DNA of 64,000 nt from Felis catus (Eukaryota). The notes below the pieces were generated by a model, which saw only the letters and a program-made list of their open reading frames with translations, had not been told where the DNA came from and did no database searches. Positions within the stretch are counted from its first letter, which is position 1, and every line of letters begins with the position of its first letter. Positions 1-12,092 of the stretch are shown in pieces. The stretch is taken from contig NC_058368.1 of assembly GCF_018350175.1 (NCBI RefSeq), positions 208,074,001 to 208,138,000 of the forward strand, in the 5' to 3' direction. The position numbers were made by a program, and so were the translations under genes.

Positions 1-314
1 TTGAATAGCTCTTCCCTATCCAGTTGGGGCTGCAGAAAAGGCAACATCCTCACCTACACCTGTCAGGCCAGGAACTTTCCCCAGTTTTACTCGAGTAAGG
101 GACTTTCTCCAAGATCACTCAGTGAGGCTCAGTCAATTCTAGAAAGAGATCTGAGGCAGCTCCATACCCACCACCCACCCCTACCCCCCCCCCCCCGCCA
201 GTCCCCTCACCCCATCCTCTAACTGGCAGATCAGTTATTTCTTTGATCATCACTGTGATTTACAGCCCCTCCTCTTTTTAAAATGTGCTAAGTACTTGAA
301 CAAAGTCTTTTAAC

Positions 315-770
315 AGGTTTCATTATGAAAAATTCAGATATATACAAAAGTAAAAAGAATAATATACTGAACTCCACATGCCATCACTCAGATTGAGCAG
401 TTATCAAGAGTTTTACCATAAGAGTTGCTCCCTTACTTTCCTTCTTTTAGAGGGAATCCCAGACGTCAGTGATATCTCCTCTTAAACTTCTTACACAGCT
501 CCAGGCCCTGTAGATATTTCCATGAGTAGCCATGCCATTTTCCCACTCATGAAATTCCTTCTATCATGTCCCACACACTTAGATCAACTGCCCAGTTGTC
601 CCAAAGGAGTCTATTTACAGTTGATTTGATTGAACAAGGATCCTACCAGCGGCGTCTTATTGCCTTACATATCTTCCCTCTGCCTTTATCTTCTACTTCC
701 CTGCCACAAACTTTTTGGAGGAACCAAGTCAATTGTCTAGGTGGTCATTATTTTCCCACAATTACATGTA
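315..770 (-). mobile_element. Ancient L1 3' fragment (L1MC4/5-like)
   Basis: 'ttcattatgaaaaattcagatatatacaaaagtaaaaagaataatatactgaactccacatgccatcactcag' resembles the reverse-oriented 3' end of old L1MC elements; heavily diverged. Confidence 0.5.
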
Positions 771-1172
771 TTATTTGAGAACTGAGAGTTAGAAAACCTC
801 TCCCACCAAAAACTCTTATGGCAACCAATAAAGACCATTAAGTTTCTGGATTGCAAACATTGTCGATGTATAAACCATATGTAGGTAATGATGATAGACC
901 TCCTCTCCCAAATAAGAATTTCCTTAGATGTCAAAATAGCTTAGTAATAAGGGTTATCATATAAGCCACTTAATGTGATTTAGGTATAATTCTTTTCTTA
1001 GAGATACAAAGTAAAGTAGCAGGACAAGAACTTATTTTTGAGGTATTAGGTTGATACTAGATGGGAGTAAACACCAATAAAAGTGTCTGGGCTATGCTAG
1101 GAGACACAGTCCACAGTTGCCTCGTGTTCATTCCTGGACAAATCCCTCATCCCCTATTTTTCTATCACTGAG

Positions 1173-1575
1173 TTTTAAAATCAGCTTTACTGAGGTAACC
1201 TACAATAAATAATGAAGTGTATATATTTAAAGTCTACAATTTGATACTTTTTGAAGTATGAATATACCCATGAAACCATCATCACAATTAATATAATGAT
1301 CTTATAACTCAACTCTAAATTTCCTTGTGCCCCATAGTAATTCCTCCCTCCTGCCCCCATTCACACCTCCTGCCTACCCCAGACAACCACGGATCTGCTT
1401 TCTGTCACTGTAGATTAGTTTGCATTTTCCAGAAAGTTGTATAAATGGAATCAGACAGCATGTACTCTTGTCTGGCTTCTTTCATTGAGCATAATTATTT
1501 TGTGATTCATCATTGTTGTCTGGAGTATCAGTAGCTCATTCTGTTTTATTGCTGACTAGTAATCCACTGTGTTTA
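1173..1575 (-). mobile_element. Ancient L1 3' end (L1MB-like)
   Basis: 'cagctttactgaggtaa...tttaaagtctacaatttgat...cccatgaaaccatcatcacaat...tctgctttctgtcactgtagattagtttgcattttccag...aaatggaatcagacagcatgtactc' is typical antisense L1MB 3' UTR. Confidence 0.7.
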
Positions 1576-1824
1576 TTCCTGATTAACCACGGTTAAGAAT
1601 TTAGGAGTCCCCTTAACTGGATCACTCCTAAGTCTTTGGTGACTTCAGTACTTCCGATGACACACTGGCCTTTCAAGCCTGGCAAATAACACTTCCTCTA
1701 TAAACCTACTCCTGAGAGAATAAATCCTTGAATTATCATTTCATTCTTGAACCTCCGTGATCCCGGTTCAGACCTGAAGTGTCACTTGTCCTCTTCCAAT
1801 TCTATAATTATACGATCATATAGC

Positions 1825-1847
1825 GGGGGTGGGGGTGGGGGTGGGGG
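1825..1847 (+). repeat. (GGGGGT)n, G-quadruplex-capable tract
   Basis: gggggtgggggtgggggtggggg: four G5 runs with 1-nt loops. Confidence 0.85.
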
Positions 1848-3309
1848 AAGAGTGGTGTCAATGTAATAAATCATAATGACGCCACTTTTCGCTTAAAGGT
1901 AACACTGAAATCCCTTTACCCACTAATCTTCTGAATGCTGTCTTGAGCTGTGAAATATTTGAAGGCTCCTGTCTCTTTAGTCACTGTACTATAAATCCTT
2001 TCACCTTTTTAAGGACTAAATAGTGACCGAAGTGAGAATGGTTTTCTTTAAATCTTACGCAGAGGATGTTGTTGCTGTTTATGACTCATTATTATCTAAG
2101 ATGTATTTAGCATCTTCCAAGGTGGTTTGTAAGCACAGGCTCAGAATGTTGATCTGATAACCACGCAACATATCCACAGAGAAGAGTTCCAGAAAGGGAA
2201 GGTGACCAAAATCACGGTGAGAAGACAAAGAATGAGAAGAAACCCCGTTTCCCATCTTGCTCCTAATCCAGATTATAGAGTGCAAACGATGTCCCCGCGC
2301 TATCTCCCATCCCCCATCCTATGGTGATTCAGCAAGGACAGGATGTCTTTTTACTAGAAAAGCTTATCTTTCCCAAGAAAGCAGTTCTGATTTGCTTGGC
2401 ACATACTGGTGTGAGCATTCAGCCTTCTTCCTTAAAGAGTCAAAGGAGAGTGTGAGGAGGGTGTGGCAGGGGATCCAGGGTCACAATTGCCATTTTATTT
2501 CTTCCTAGAATAACATATTCTTTGCTGGTTGCCAACATGCTTATTTTTATGTAGATTTGACCTTGGCTGTAACCTTGAACGACCAAAATAGAATAAAATA
2601 ACTATAAGCTACTTCAAAAAGCTTGACCTTAAAAGTATATAAAAATATAAGACAAAGGCAGGAAGACAAAGCAGGCCCCAGCTTTGAGCAAAGAACCACT
2701 GAGCTTCTTGGGTCTAGTTAAAATATCAGCTTTGTGCATATTAGATTCCATCCTGTGTTTGATTATTTCTGCATTGAGGGCTGCCTTTATCGATTGGTAG
2801 AGTGGAATGTTCAAGAGCATTATATTACAATCTGTCTGCAAATGGCTTTTCAGAAAGAAATTTCCTGTAACTCAGAGGCAGAAATTATGCAGGGAACACA
2901 GGGGAGAGACTAGACGGCTGAATCTCACCCGGACTTGTGCATGTGGGAGTGATGGGGTGCACCCAGAGAGAACTCGTTTTGGTTTCTTAGTATGGAGGGC
3001 CAGTCTCAGCTCTACCGTCGCGTCCCCACAAACTACGGGGGATTCTATAGAAAGCTGAACTGGTGGGGGTTGTTTGTGGCTTTGAGACTCACGACACTTT
3101 AAAGATGCCGTGGAGCCCGGGCCTCTTGGCTCATATTATTTACCTCACTTATTTCTCCTCGCTCATCTGTCTTATATATTCTTGCCTAAATGTCACCTCC
3201 TCCATGAGGCTTTCCATCCTCTTTCACTGATCACTTCTCTGAAAGGACGACATTTTGTATCACTGAATGCCATCTGTGTGTTCTTTTCTAAGTTACATAT
3301 GCATTTTAC

Positions 3310-3522
3310 TTATTTGTTTGTTTGTCTTGAACGTTTTTTATTTTGAAAAAGAGTGTGTGTGTGGTGGAGGAGCAGAGGGTGAGGGAGAGAGAGGAACCCA
3401 AGCCGACTCCATGCTGTCAGCATGGAGCCCCACAGGGGGCTTGATCCCAGGAACTGTGAGATCATGACCTGAGCCAGAATCCAGAGTTGGATGCTCAACC
3501 AACTGAACCATCCAGGCGCCCC
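3310..3522 (-). mobile_element. CAN-SINE (SINEC), older copy
   Basis: Reverse complement of the SINE head (...gagatcatgacctgagcc...tccaggcgcccc), GA-rich linker and T-rich tail. Confidence 0.92.
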
Positions 3523-3648
3523 TGATTTTATAATTATTTTATTGTATAGTTATAATTTGATATATTAATTAATGAAAAATTATATAATTTTATATATAAT
3601 ATATATTATATATAATTATTATTTTATTTTATAATTATTTTATAATTA
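3523..3648. repeat. AT-rich low-complexity tract
   Basis: Almost pure A/T with repeated ttataattatt-like units. Confidence 0.8.
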
Positions 3649-3729
3649 GACTTCCAACCTAAAGTTATGTCCTACATGTCATCCAAAGAAAGTTATAATG
3701 CATTGTGCAAAGATCAAGTGTTCTTTCTA

Positions 3730-3777
3730 TGTGTGTGTGTGGGTGTGTGTGTATGCACGTGCATGTGTGTGTGTGTG
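3730..3777. repeat. Imperfect (TG)n microsatellite
   Basis: tgtgtgtgtgtgggtgtgtgtgtatgcacgtgcatgtgtgtgtgtgtg. Confidence 0.85.
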
Positions 3778-3843
3778 CTTGTGTATTTCACCCTGTACCC
3801 CTTGGTTCCTTTAGTCAAAAATGTGGCTTATCAAAATAGTAAT

Positions 3844-4029
3844 GGGGCACCTGAGTGGCTCAGTTGGTTAAGCATCTGACTCTTGATTTCAGCTCAGGTC
3901 GTGATCTCACGGTTATGAGATTGAACACAGCATCGGGATCCACTCTGGGCCTGGAGTCTGCTTAAGAATCTCTCTCTCCCTCTGCCCCCCTCCCCCACTA
4001 GTGCTCTCTTGCTCTCTCTCAAAACAAAA
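3844..4029 (+). mobile_element. CAN-SINE (SINEC), older copy
   Basis: ggggcacctgagtggctcagttggttaagcatctgactcttgatttcagctcaggtc head, CT-rich linker, short A tail. Confidence 0.92.
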
Positions 4030-4445
4030 GTAACATTTGGATTATGTATACCAGAAACTTCAACTCAACGCAGCTTAAATAATGAAAAGAATTTGTTGGC
4101 TCAATATAACTAAAAAATCTAGTTGTAGATCCAGTTTCAAGTGAGGTTCAATCAGGTCGCTCAAGGATGCAAAAATGGACCTGATTTTGTGTCTCTCTGC
4201 TTTATATTTCATGTGCTTGGCATTATCCTATGATTATTTTGATTTAAGGACAGCTGCTGGGACAATATGTACATCTTGCCCACATCCAGAAGCTTAACTC
4301 ATATGTTTGCTCCCAGTACCCATAGAAGTGAGTATCAATATATAGATTAGCTTAGCCCAACTGCTGTGAGACAATGTGGATCCCCAAACCAAAACTGGGA
4401 AGGTCAGATTGGGATATAGGAGGTTAGGAGGCAACTGACAATTGC
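4030..4445 (-). mobile_element. Degraded MaLR LTR (MLT1K/L-like)
   Basis: 'cagaaacttcaactcaacgcagcttaaataatgaaaagaatttgttggctcaatataactaaaaaatctag' resembles the antisense end of old MLT1 LTRs. Confidence 0.45.
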
Positions 4446-4707
4446 TATAAAACATCAACCGATTGTATCAACTTCCCACAATTTGCTAAAATTGCATCTC
4501 ACATAAAAGGGGTCTGTTCTTTGCCTTTGAGGTATTTTTCTTCGAGAAAAAAAGAAAAGGAACCAATCAATAACTTTGGCATTATCTGGCCTCCACAGAA
4601 TTTGACAAATTCTTGGGTTGCCACATCACTAATAAGGTTTTCCAGGGATTGTAGTGCCCTTTTAGTCACTGCCCATCACCGTACTTAGATCTTCAAAAAA
4701 GTGTTAA

Positions 4708-4802
4708 GAGGGAAAAGAAGAAAGAAGGGAAGAAGAGAGAGAGAAGGAAGGAAGGAAGGAAGGAAGGAAGGAAGGAAGAGAAGGGAGGTAGCAAAGGGAA
4801 GA
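4708..4802. repeat. Purine-rich (GGAA)n/(GA)n tract
   Basis: gaaggaaggaaggaaggaaggaaggaagg run within a polypurine stretch. Confidence 0.85.
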
Positions 4803-6310
4803 AATGCACTTTATAGGCAAACACAGAAACTGTCCTTGGGCTTTGGTTCACTCAAGCTGGAGGACCCCTGCACCAGGTCGGTCACACTAGAGTGAAAGAA
4901 CGTAAGATCATTTACTGGACTTACTTGCAATTGCTCCTTTAGCCAGATGAATACCAGATAATTTTGAGTGGGAGACTGGGTTCCTACAGGTGACACTCCT
5001 CTCAAGTACGAAACCTGTTCCTTCTTGGCTCTCATTTAAAAACTGTACAGAGAATGGCCACATGATTTCCATGTCTGTGTTTCTAATTTTCTGACAAGAA
5101 CTGGAGTGATTCCTCTTCAGGAAGAAGCCACTGGTTGATGACAGGACTAAAGTGTACTTTTACTCTGTGGGTCAATTTAGCAAAACCTGCTTTTCAGACA
5201 TCTGCCCGCAGAAGCTAAGAGCAGGAGGGAAGACACACAATGAAAATGATTATTACTGCACTGATTTGGAATAATCATTTTGTCATCTGAAAAAGTCTGT
5301 CTTTGACTTGAGTCAGTGTGTGAGGGGGTGGCAGGCAGAAAAAGAGATAAATCTTTTCAGGAGGGTCTCTGTAGATGAAAGAAATGCCATCGCATCCTTT
5401 GGCATAATACCAATGACTTTTGAGTATAAACTCCAGACTTTGAAACAGTACAGTCTTCACTTTGCCTGACCTCAATACCTGATAATGTAATTTGCAACAC
5501 ATCAAAGAAAGAAAGGAAATGGGACGGAGTAAGAAATCTTTTCTTTTACAAAAAGATTTCTGCAGGGATCATTTAAATAGCAAACACCCTGGGTCTTATA
5601 AGATAATTCAAATTTCCCTAAACTTTTGTGGACCCATCTACTTTGTAAATGGAGGTAGAGGTGAAATCCAACGTTCAGGTGCTTGTCGAAGCTTGAATAA
5701 AAATGTGGAGTGCTTGCTTCATCTGCCTAGAAGTCTTCAGTTTGACGAGATCTTAAAGACAGTTTTCTTTAGTGCCTTGTGCAAATTACCTTGTTGAAAG
5801 AGATCCGGAAGATAGGAAGAGTTCCTGCTTTCTGGGAAGAATCATATTAGATGAAAGAGGCACAGACTTTACTAAACCCAAAAATGATGTTTGGCGACAC
5901 ATTGTTCCACCTTCTCCAAGACCTGTCTTGACAGGAAGTGGCCCCTGTCTAGTACTGTCGTTCATCAGGTGAGGGGTTCTATTTGCTGGTCCCAAGAGGC
6001 TCTTCCAGCCCTGTCGGTCTGTGTGCCCGGGACGGCCAAGCAAAAATCAAGGATGACACAACACTTGCGTTCGGCTGGTGTGTCCTCGCCAAGTGTGCCT
6101 CCCGAACACTGACTTGTCCCTGCACAGGCCATATCCCACACTCTGAACATTGTTCATGGCATTGGAGTGCCTGCTACCTACTTTCCCCACCTCAAAACAT
6201 CCGAGAAAGGAGCACTCTACAGTCACAAAATTAGAAAAGTCATCTATGTCTAATGTTTACACTAGATAAACTGGAGATCTTTGTGGTAGTTCCTTTCTAA
6301 AAGATTAAGA

Positions 6311-8447
6311 CCATAACCAGTAAAGAAATCGAGTCAGTAATCAAAAAAATCTCCCAACAAACAAGAGTCTAGAGCCAGATGGCTTCCCAAGGGAATTCTA
6401 CCATTTATTTTTTTTTTGTTTGCTTTGTTTGTTTTGTTTTTTAATTATTTTTTTTTGTTTGTTTATTTTTGAGAGAGAGAGAGCACAAGCCTGGGAGGGG
6501 TGGAGAGAGAAGGGGAGACACAGAATTCAAAGCAGGCTCTGCCAGCTCAGAGTCTGAGGCTGGGCTCGAACTCACGGACCATGAGATCATGACCTGAGCC
6601 GAAGTCGGATGCCCAGCCACCGAGGTGGCCCTCTACCAAACATTTAAAAAACAGTTAATACCTGTCATTTTGAAGCTGTTCCAAAAAATAGAAATGAAAG
6701 GAAAACTTCCAAACTCCTTCTATGAGGCCAGCATTAACTTGATTCCCAAACCAAAGACCCTGCTAAAAAGGAGAATTACAGACCAATTTCCCTGATGAAC
6801 ACAAACACAAAAATTCTCAACAAGATACCAGCAAATCAAATCCAACAATACATTAAAAAAATTATTCACCATGATCAAGTGGGATTTTTTCCTCTGGTCT
6901 GCAGGGGTGGTTCAATATCCACAAATCAATCAATATGATACCTCACATTAATAAAAGAAAGGATAAGAACCACATGATCCTCTCAATAGATAAAGAAAAA
7001 GCATTGGACAAAATACATCATCCTTTCTTGATAAAAACCCTCAAGAAAGTATAAGGATATAAGGAACATACCTCAACATTTTAAAGACCATAGACAAAAT
7101 CAGCAAATGGTGCTGGGAAAACTGGACAGCGACCTGCAGAAGAATGAACCTGGACCACTTTCTGACACCAGACACAAAAATAAACTCATAATGGATGAAC
7201 GACCTACATGTAAGACAGGAAACCATCAAAATCCTAGAGGAAAAAACAGGCAACAACCTCTTTGACCTCGACCACAGCAACTTCTTATTAGACATGGCTC
7301 TGGAGGCAAGGGAAACAAAAGCAAACATGAACTGTTGGGACCTCATCAAGATAAAAACAGTGAAGGAAACAATCTGCACAGTGAAGGAAACAATTTACAA
7401 AACTAAAAAGCAACCCACAGAATGGGAGAAGATATTTGCAAATAACATCAGATAAAGGGTTAGTATCCAAAATCTATAAAGAACTTACCCAACTCAATAT
7501 CAAAAAACAAATAATCCAGTGAAGTAATGGGCAAAAGACATGAATAGACACTTTTGCAAGGAAGACATCCAGATGACTAACAGATACATGGAAAAATGTT
7601 CAACACCACTCATCATCAGGGAAATACACAAAACCACAATGAGATACCACCTCACACTGGTCAGAATGGCTAAAATGAACAACTCAGGAAACAACAGATG
7701 TTGGTGAGGATGCAGAGAAATGGGAACCCTTTTGCACTCGTGGTGGAAATGCAAACTGGTACCACCACTCTGGAGAACAATATGAAGGTGCCACAAAAAA
7801 TTAAAAATAGAACTACCCTATGACCCAGCAATAGCACTACTAGGTATTTATCCAAAGGATACAAAAATGCTGATCCGAAGGGGCACATGCACTCCAGTGT
7901 TTAGAGCAGCGCTATCAACAATAGTCAAAGTATGGAAAGGGCCCAAATGTCCATTGACTGATGAATGGATAAAGATGTCATATATGTACATACATACCTA
8001 CATACATATACATATACAAAGGACTATTACTTGGCAATCAAAAAGATGAAATCTTGCCATTTGCAACAACGTGGATGAAACTACCATGTATTATGCTAAG
8101 CAAAATAAGTCATTCAGAGAAAGATAAATATCAGATGATTTCACTCATACATGCAATTTAAAACATGAACATAGGGGAAAGGAAGGAAAAATAAGATTAA
8201 AAACAGAGAGGGAGGCAAACCATCTGGGACTCTTAAATACAGAGAACAGAGGGTTGCTGGAGGGATGTTGGGTGGGGGGATGGGCTAAATGGGGGAATGG
8301 GCATTAAGGAGGGCACATATTGGGATGAGCACTGAGTCTTATATGTAAGTGATGAATCACTAAATTCTACTCCTGAAACCATTATTACACTATATGTTAA
8401 CTAATTTGGATTTAAATAAAATAAATAAAATAAAATGAATAAATAAG
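6311..8447 (+). mobile_element. 5'-truncated carnivore L1 (L1_Carn/L1_Fc-like): disrupted ORF2 remnant plus 3' UTR and A tail
   Basis: ORF2-like peptides (start resembling ITSKEIESVIK; TIKILEEKTGNNLFDLDHSNFLLD; KWCWENW), carnivore L1 3' UTR, A-rich tail. TSD taaaagattaaga (6298-6310) / taaatgattaaga (8448-8460). Frameshifts and stops present. Confidence 0.95.
6404..6631 (-). mobile_element. CAN-SINE inserted antisense into L1 ORF2
   Basis: SINE body flanked by tctacca (6397-6403 / 6632-6638); the L1 sequence resumes colinearly after it. Confidence 0.93.
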
Positions 8448-8887
8448 TAAATGATTAAGAGCAAGCTGTTGTTGTCTGGAAAATTGCAACATGATAGAGG
8501 CTTAATAGGTGGCCCCGAGGTGTTTTAAATTCTTAAAGGAATGTTCATGGATAGACCTGTAACAGAGACTGGAATCAAGGGCAGCATTCTCTTTGCAAGA
8601 TAGTGTTTGCAGCTATAATGCAGTGCAAATAATGTCAGCCTGCTCCTTCCTGCGGTAGTAGGCTTGATTCTAAGGATCAAATGTTAGTGAGACCCACGGA
8701 GAACTTTGGAAAAGAGGTTCTAACAGGAACTTCTTGTTGGAGACCAACAAATCTGATTAAAGATTGGAAAACAAGATAAGAAAGAAGCTGATATAAAGGA
8801 CTTGGATTTATTGAGCTCTGGGAAAAACAAAGGTTGTTCTGAATTGATGGTAGCTGGTATTTCTTTTTTTTAACGAAAAATATTTTT

Positions 8888-9097
8888 AAAATTTTTTAAA
8901 AGTCCGTTTATTTATTGTGAGAGAGAAAGAGAGAGCCTGAGCAGAGGAGGGTAGAGAGAGATGGAGAGAATCCAGAGCAGGCTCCACACTGACAGGGCGT
9001 AGCCTGATGTGGGGCTTGAGCCCACAAAGCGTGAGATCATGACCTGAGCCGAGATCAAGAGTCAGATGCTTAACTGACTGAGTCACCCGAGCGCCCC
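8888..9097 (-). mobile_element. CAN-SINE
   Basis: Ends ...gagtcacccgagcgcccc; flanks aacgaaaaatattttt / aacaaaaaaaatattttt are TSD-like. Confidence 0.92.
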
Positions 9098-9344
9098 AAC
9101 AAAAAAAATATTTTTAATGTTTGTTTATTTTTGAGAGAGCCTCATTTGGAACCGATGAGAGTCATAACAAAGCCCACACTTTCAGCTATGAGTCTTAAGG
9201 GAGGGAAGACCTCACTCCACCAACAAGCTGGGAACGTCACAGTTTTCCAATGCTCAGCACTCAAGGCCCTCACTCATCCTCATTTCCTTCCCACCTCTGG
9301 GAATGTATGATTACAGAAAGGGAATCAACGTAAGTCTCTATACT

Positions 9345-9545
9345 GAATGTTCATTTCATTAATTCGGCTAATACTTATGGAGCACCTACTTGTGCGAGGC
9401 ACTGTTCTAGGTACCGGAGAAACCGGGGAGAGCAAGAGAGACCTAAATCCCATCTCCTTGGTAATTAGCTTCATAGGGAGGCAGACAGCAAACCCAGCAA
9501 GTGAATAGATGAATGATATGCAGTATAGCTGCTAATGTATTGCGA
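9345..9545 (-). mobile_element. L2 3' end fragment
   Basis: 'tcatttcattaattcggctaatacttatggagcacctacttgtgcgaggcactgttctagg' is the canonical antisense L2 terminus. Confidence 0.75.
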
Positions 9546-11139
9546 AAACTTTCGAGAGAATGTGAGTGTTGAGTAAGGTCCCCGGAAAGAGATGAGCAGA
9601 AGAGCCCATTCTCTAATCCTGCCCTTAGACTGAAGGGATGACCACGGATGCCCCGCAGGATTGCAAGATGCATGCTTCTTCCCTTACATGTAAATCAAAC
9701 GAGTGCGTGTTGGTTGCACAAACCAAAGGATTGTCACTGCTTCCCGTCGTGTCAGGGAGTCCGGCTCCCCAAATGCAAGAGTAATAGCTGTGGTGGCTTC
9801 TTGAGCCATCAGTAGGAATGGCCCATGCATCATATTATCAAAGGAAAGGCCATTCTTGCCCAGGGATTCTGTGTTTCCCCAAATAAAAGCAAGGCCAAAG
9901 AGACACGAGTTTTGTTTCTGAGAAATAATTGGTTTGGGGATTTGAGTTTATCATCGTCTCTGTTCTCATGCCCTGATTTCATCTTCAAGCCTTTCCACCC
10001 GCAACCCCCCCACTCTGATTTCGGTCCTTGGGGGGTCAGAGTGAGCAGTGTTAGCTAGAGGAGGGCTTGGGATTTGCTTTTGATTTTGTTTTGTTTTGTT
10101 TTGAGATCATGGAAGAATTTTGGAAGGAAGAATGATCAAAAATAAACTTTTAAGAATTATACCATGACTGTGGTCATAACATTTTCCACAAATGAGCTAG
10201 AAAATGGTCTAGAGTTGTTATTTGTGCCCCAAACAAAACTGCAACATTTTGTGTAGATTTTGTAAAAATAGTTGTAGGTGCACAGATAGTTCTTCATAAA
10301 TGCTTATGAATTGAATGGAACTGTCTACGGTGCTCTGCAAACAAGTATTATAGATCGAGCACTTCGCTCTGGATGCATTCCAAGAGTTGTTGTCACTGAA
10401 GGTTTAACTATGTAAAGATCATACGATAGCCTCTACTTTCATGGAAGCGGACTGCACTCTAATTAATACACCAGAAGCTGACTCACTTTGTTTTCTCAGG
10501 CACAGGGAGAGGAAGTGCCATGTCTCCTCTGTTATGACACTGCCAGCTGATGTCTAGTTGCTTCTTTTTATAAAAGGAGTAAGAAAAGAAACAGAATTGA
10601 GAGCTAAAGCTGCAGAAACCTCAGAGAGAATTCGCACAAGGAAGAAGCAACCCAGGGAAGTGACCCGCATCGCCCAACCTCACAAAATCTAGCAGCATCT
10701 GACTTTCTCTTTTCTTCCCACAGCAGAGGACAGGAGCCCCCATCGTAACACAGGAACCCTTCCACATATGCGTGGACAGCCTCTCTCCCAGGCTTCCCAG
10801 TGCCTATTTGAGACCTTCCTAGCCTGTCTCTGTATCTTCATCCCTGACACCTTCCCCTCTGTACCCAGCAGAGACTCTAGCCTGTACCTCACAGACAGTG
10901 GAGAAAGCAGCAGAGGGAAAGCCTTTCCTTCAACACCATCCCCCCATCTTTCCCCTGGGCTCTCCTTAGACCACGGAAGAGGTGTCTTCCCTCCAGGCTC
11001 TGGCAAAGCCCTCCAACCCATGTTCTAGATCCCATGCCTTTCCACATCCTCTTTTAATTTTAATTTGCTCTTTTAATGACCCATACATTTTCCTCTACTT
11101 TCTGCTCAGATAGGAATGTGCTCCAATCTCTCTCATCTT

Positions 11140-11269
11140 AAAAGAAAAGAAAAGAGAAAAGAAAAGAAAAGAAAAAAAGGAAAGGAAAGGAAAAGAAAAG
11201 AAAAGAAAAGAAAAGAAAAGAAAAGAAAAGAAAGAAAAAAAAGAAAAGAAAAGAAAAAAGAAAAGAAAA
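11140..11269. repeat. (AAAAG)n pentanucleotide repeat
   Basis: About 130 bp of aaaag units with a few aaagg variants. Confidence 0.95.
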
Positions 11270-11479
11270 TCCCTTGACTGCTTGATTCCTCTAGTGAGGG
11301 ACCTTCATGCCAGCAGAGCCAGGGTTGTGGAGAAGGTGGCACTCACTGTCTCCCCTTCCAGACTCCCCTTTGCTTTTTACCTGTAGTCTACCTCCCCCAC
11401 TCCACAGCCTTTCCTTCTCACTAAGGGCTCCAGTTCCTTCCTGGTCACTAATCTAATGGATGTGTTTCAGTTCTTGCCT

Positions 11480-12092
11480 TCCTTGACCTCTCTGTGGCAT
11501 TGGGTACTCTTGTCTTCCCCCCAAACACTCTCCCAGTCCACAAAACCACTCTCTTGGATTTCCTCTTAATTCTTTGGCCACTCCCCAGTCTTCTTGGTTC
11601 TGTTTTCTCTTGTAAATGTGGGAGCTCCCTGGGGAATCCATTCTGATCCGTTCTTATCCTTTTTCCTTGCTGTTCCCAGAGTGATTTTTTTAGGGAAATC
11701 TAATCATTTCACTCCCCTTAAGGTCCTTCCAAAGGTTTCAATAACCTTCTTCTGGGCAGGGCTTGCCAAATATCCCCTGACCAGAGTCGTGCCAGCTTCA
11801 TCTCTGACCCCCTTCCGATAAACCCCTTTCCAATGTTTCCTTTGTTTAGAGCACACTTTCTTCCCCCATCTTCACCTAACAAATTCTAAGGTTTTCTCCC
11901 AAATCTAGGTACACATTTCTACCAGAGGGTTTCTCGATTTCTGTTGCATTTATCTGTTTTTCCCAGTAGGGTTTGAGTTTCTTAAGACAAGGACTCTATT
12001 TTATTTATTTATTCTTTTAAGTTCCACATTCTCCTTGTCCAAAACACAATACCTTCATGAGGAATAAATGCGTTGGATGAGTGAGTAAATGA
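11480..12092 (+). mobile_element. Fragmented L2
   Basis: L2-like motifs (ccagagtgatttttttagggaaatctaatcatttcactccc; ttcttaagacaaggactctattttattt; aataaatgcgttggatgagtgagtaaatgaa). Confidence 0.5.

Noticed and set aside
5921..5974. Possible 48-nt exon ending cag|gtgagg
   Set aside because: Weak AAG acceptor, unrecognised peptide, and no partner exons found.
7041..8049. ORFs resembling database 'hypothetical proteins'
   Set aside because: They are sense and antisense translations of a disrupted L1 ORF2, not host genes.
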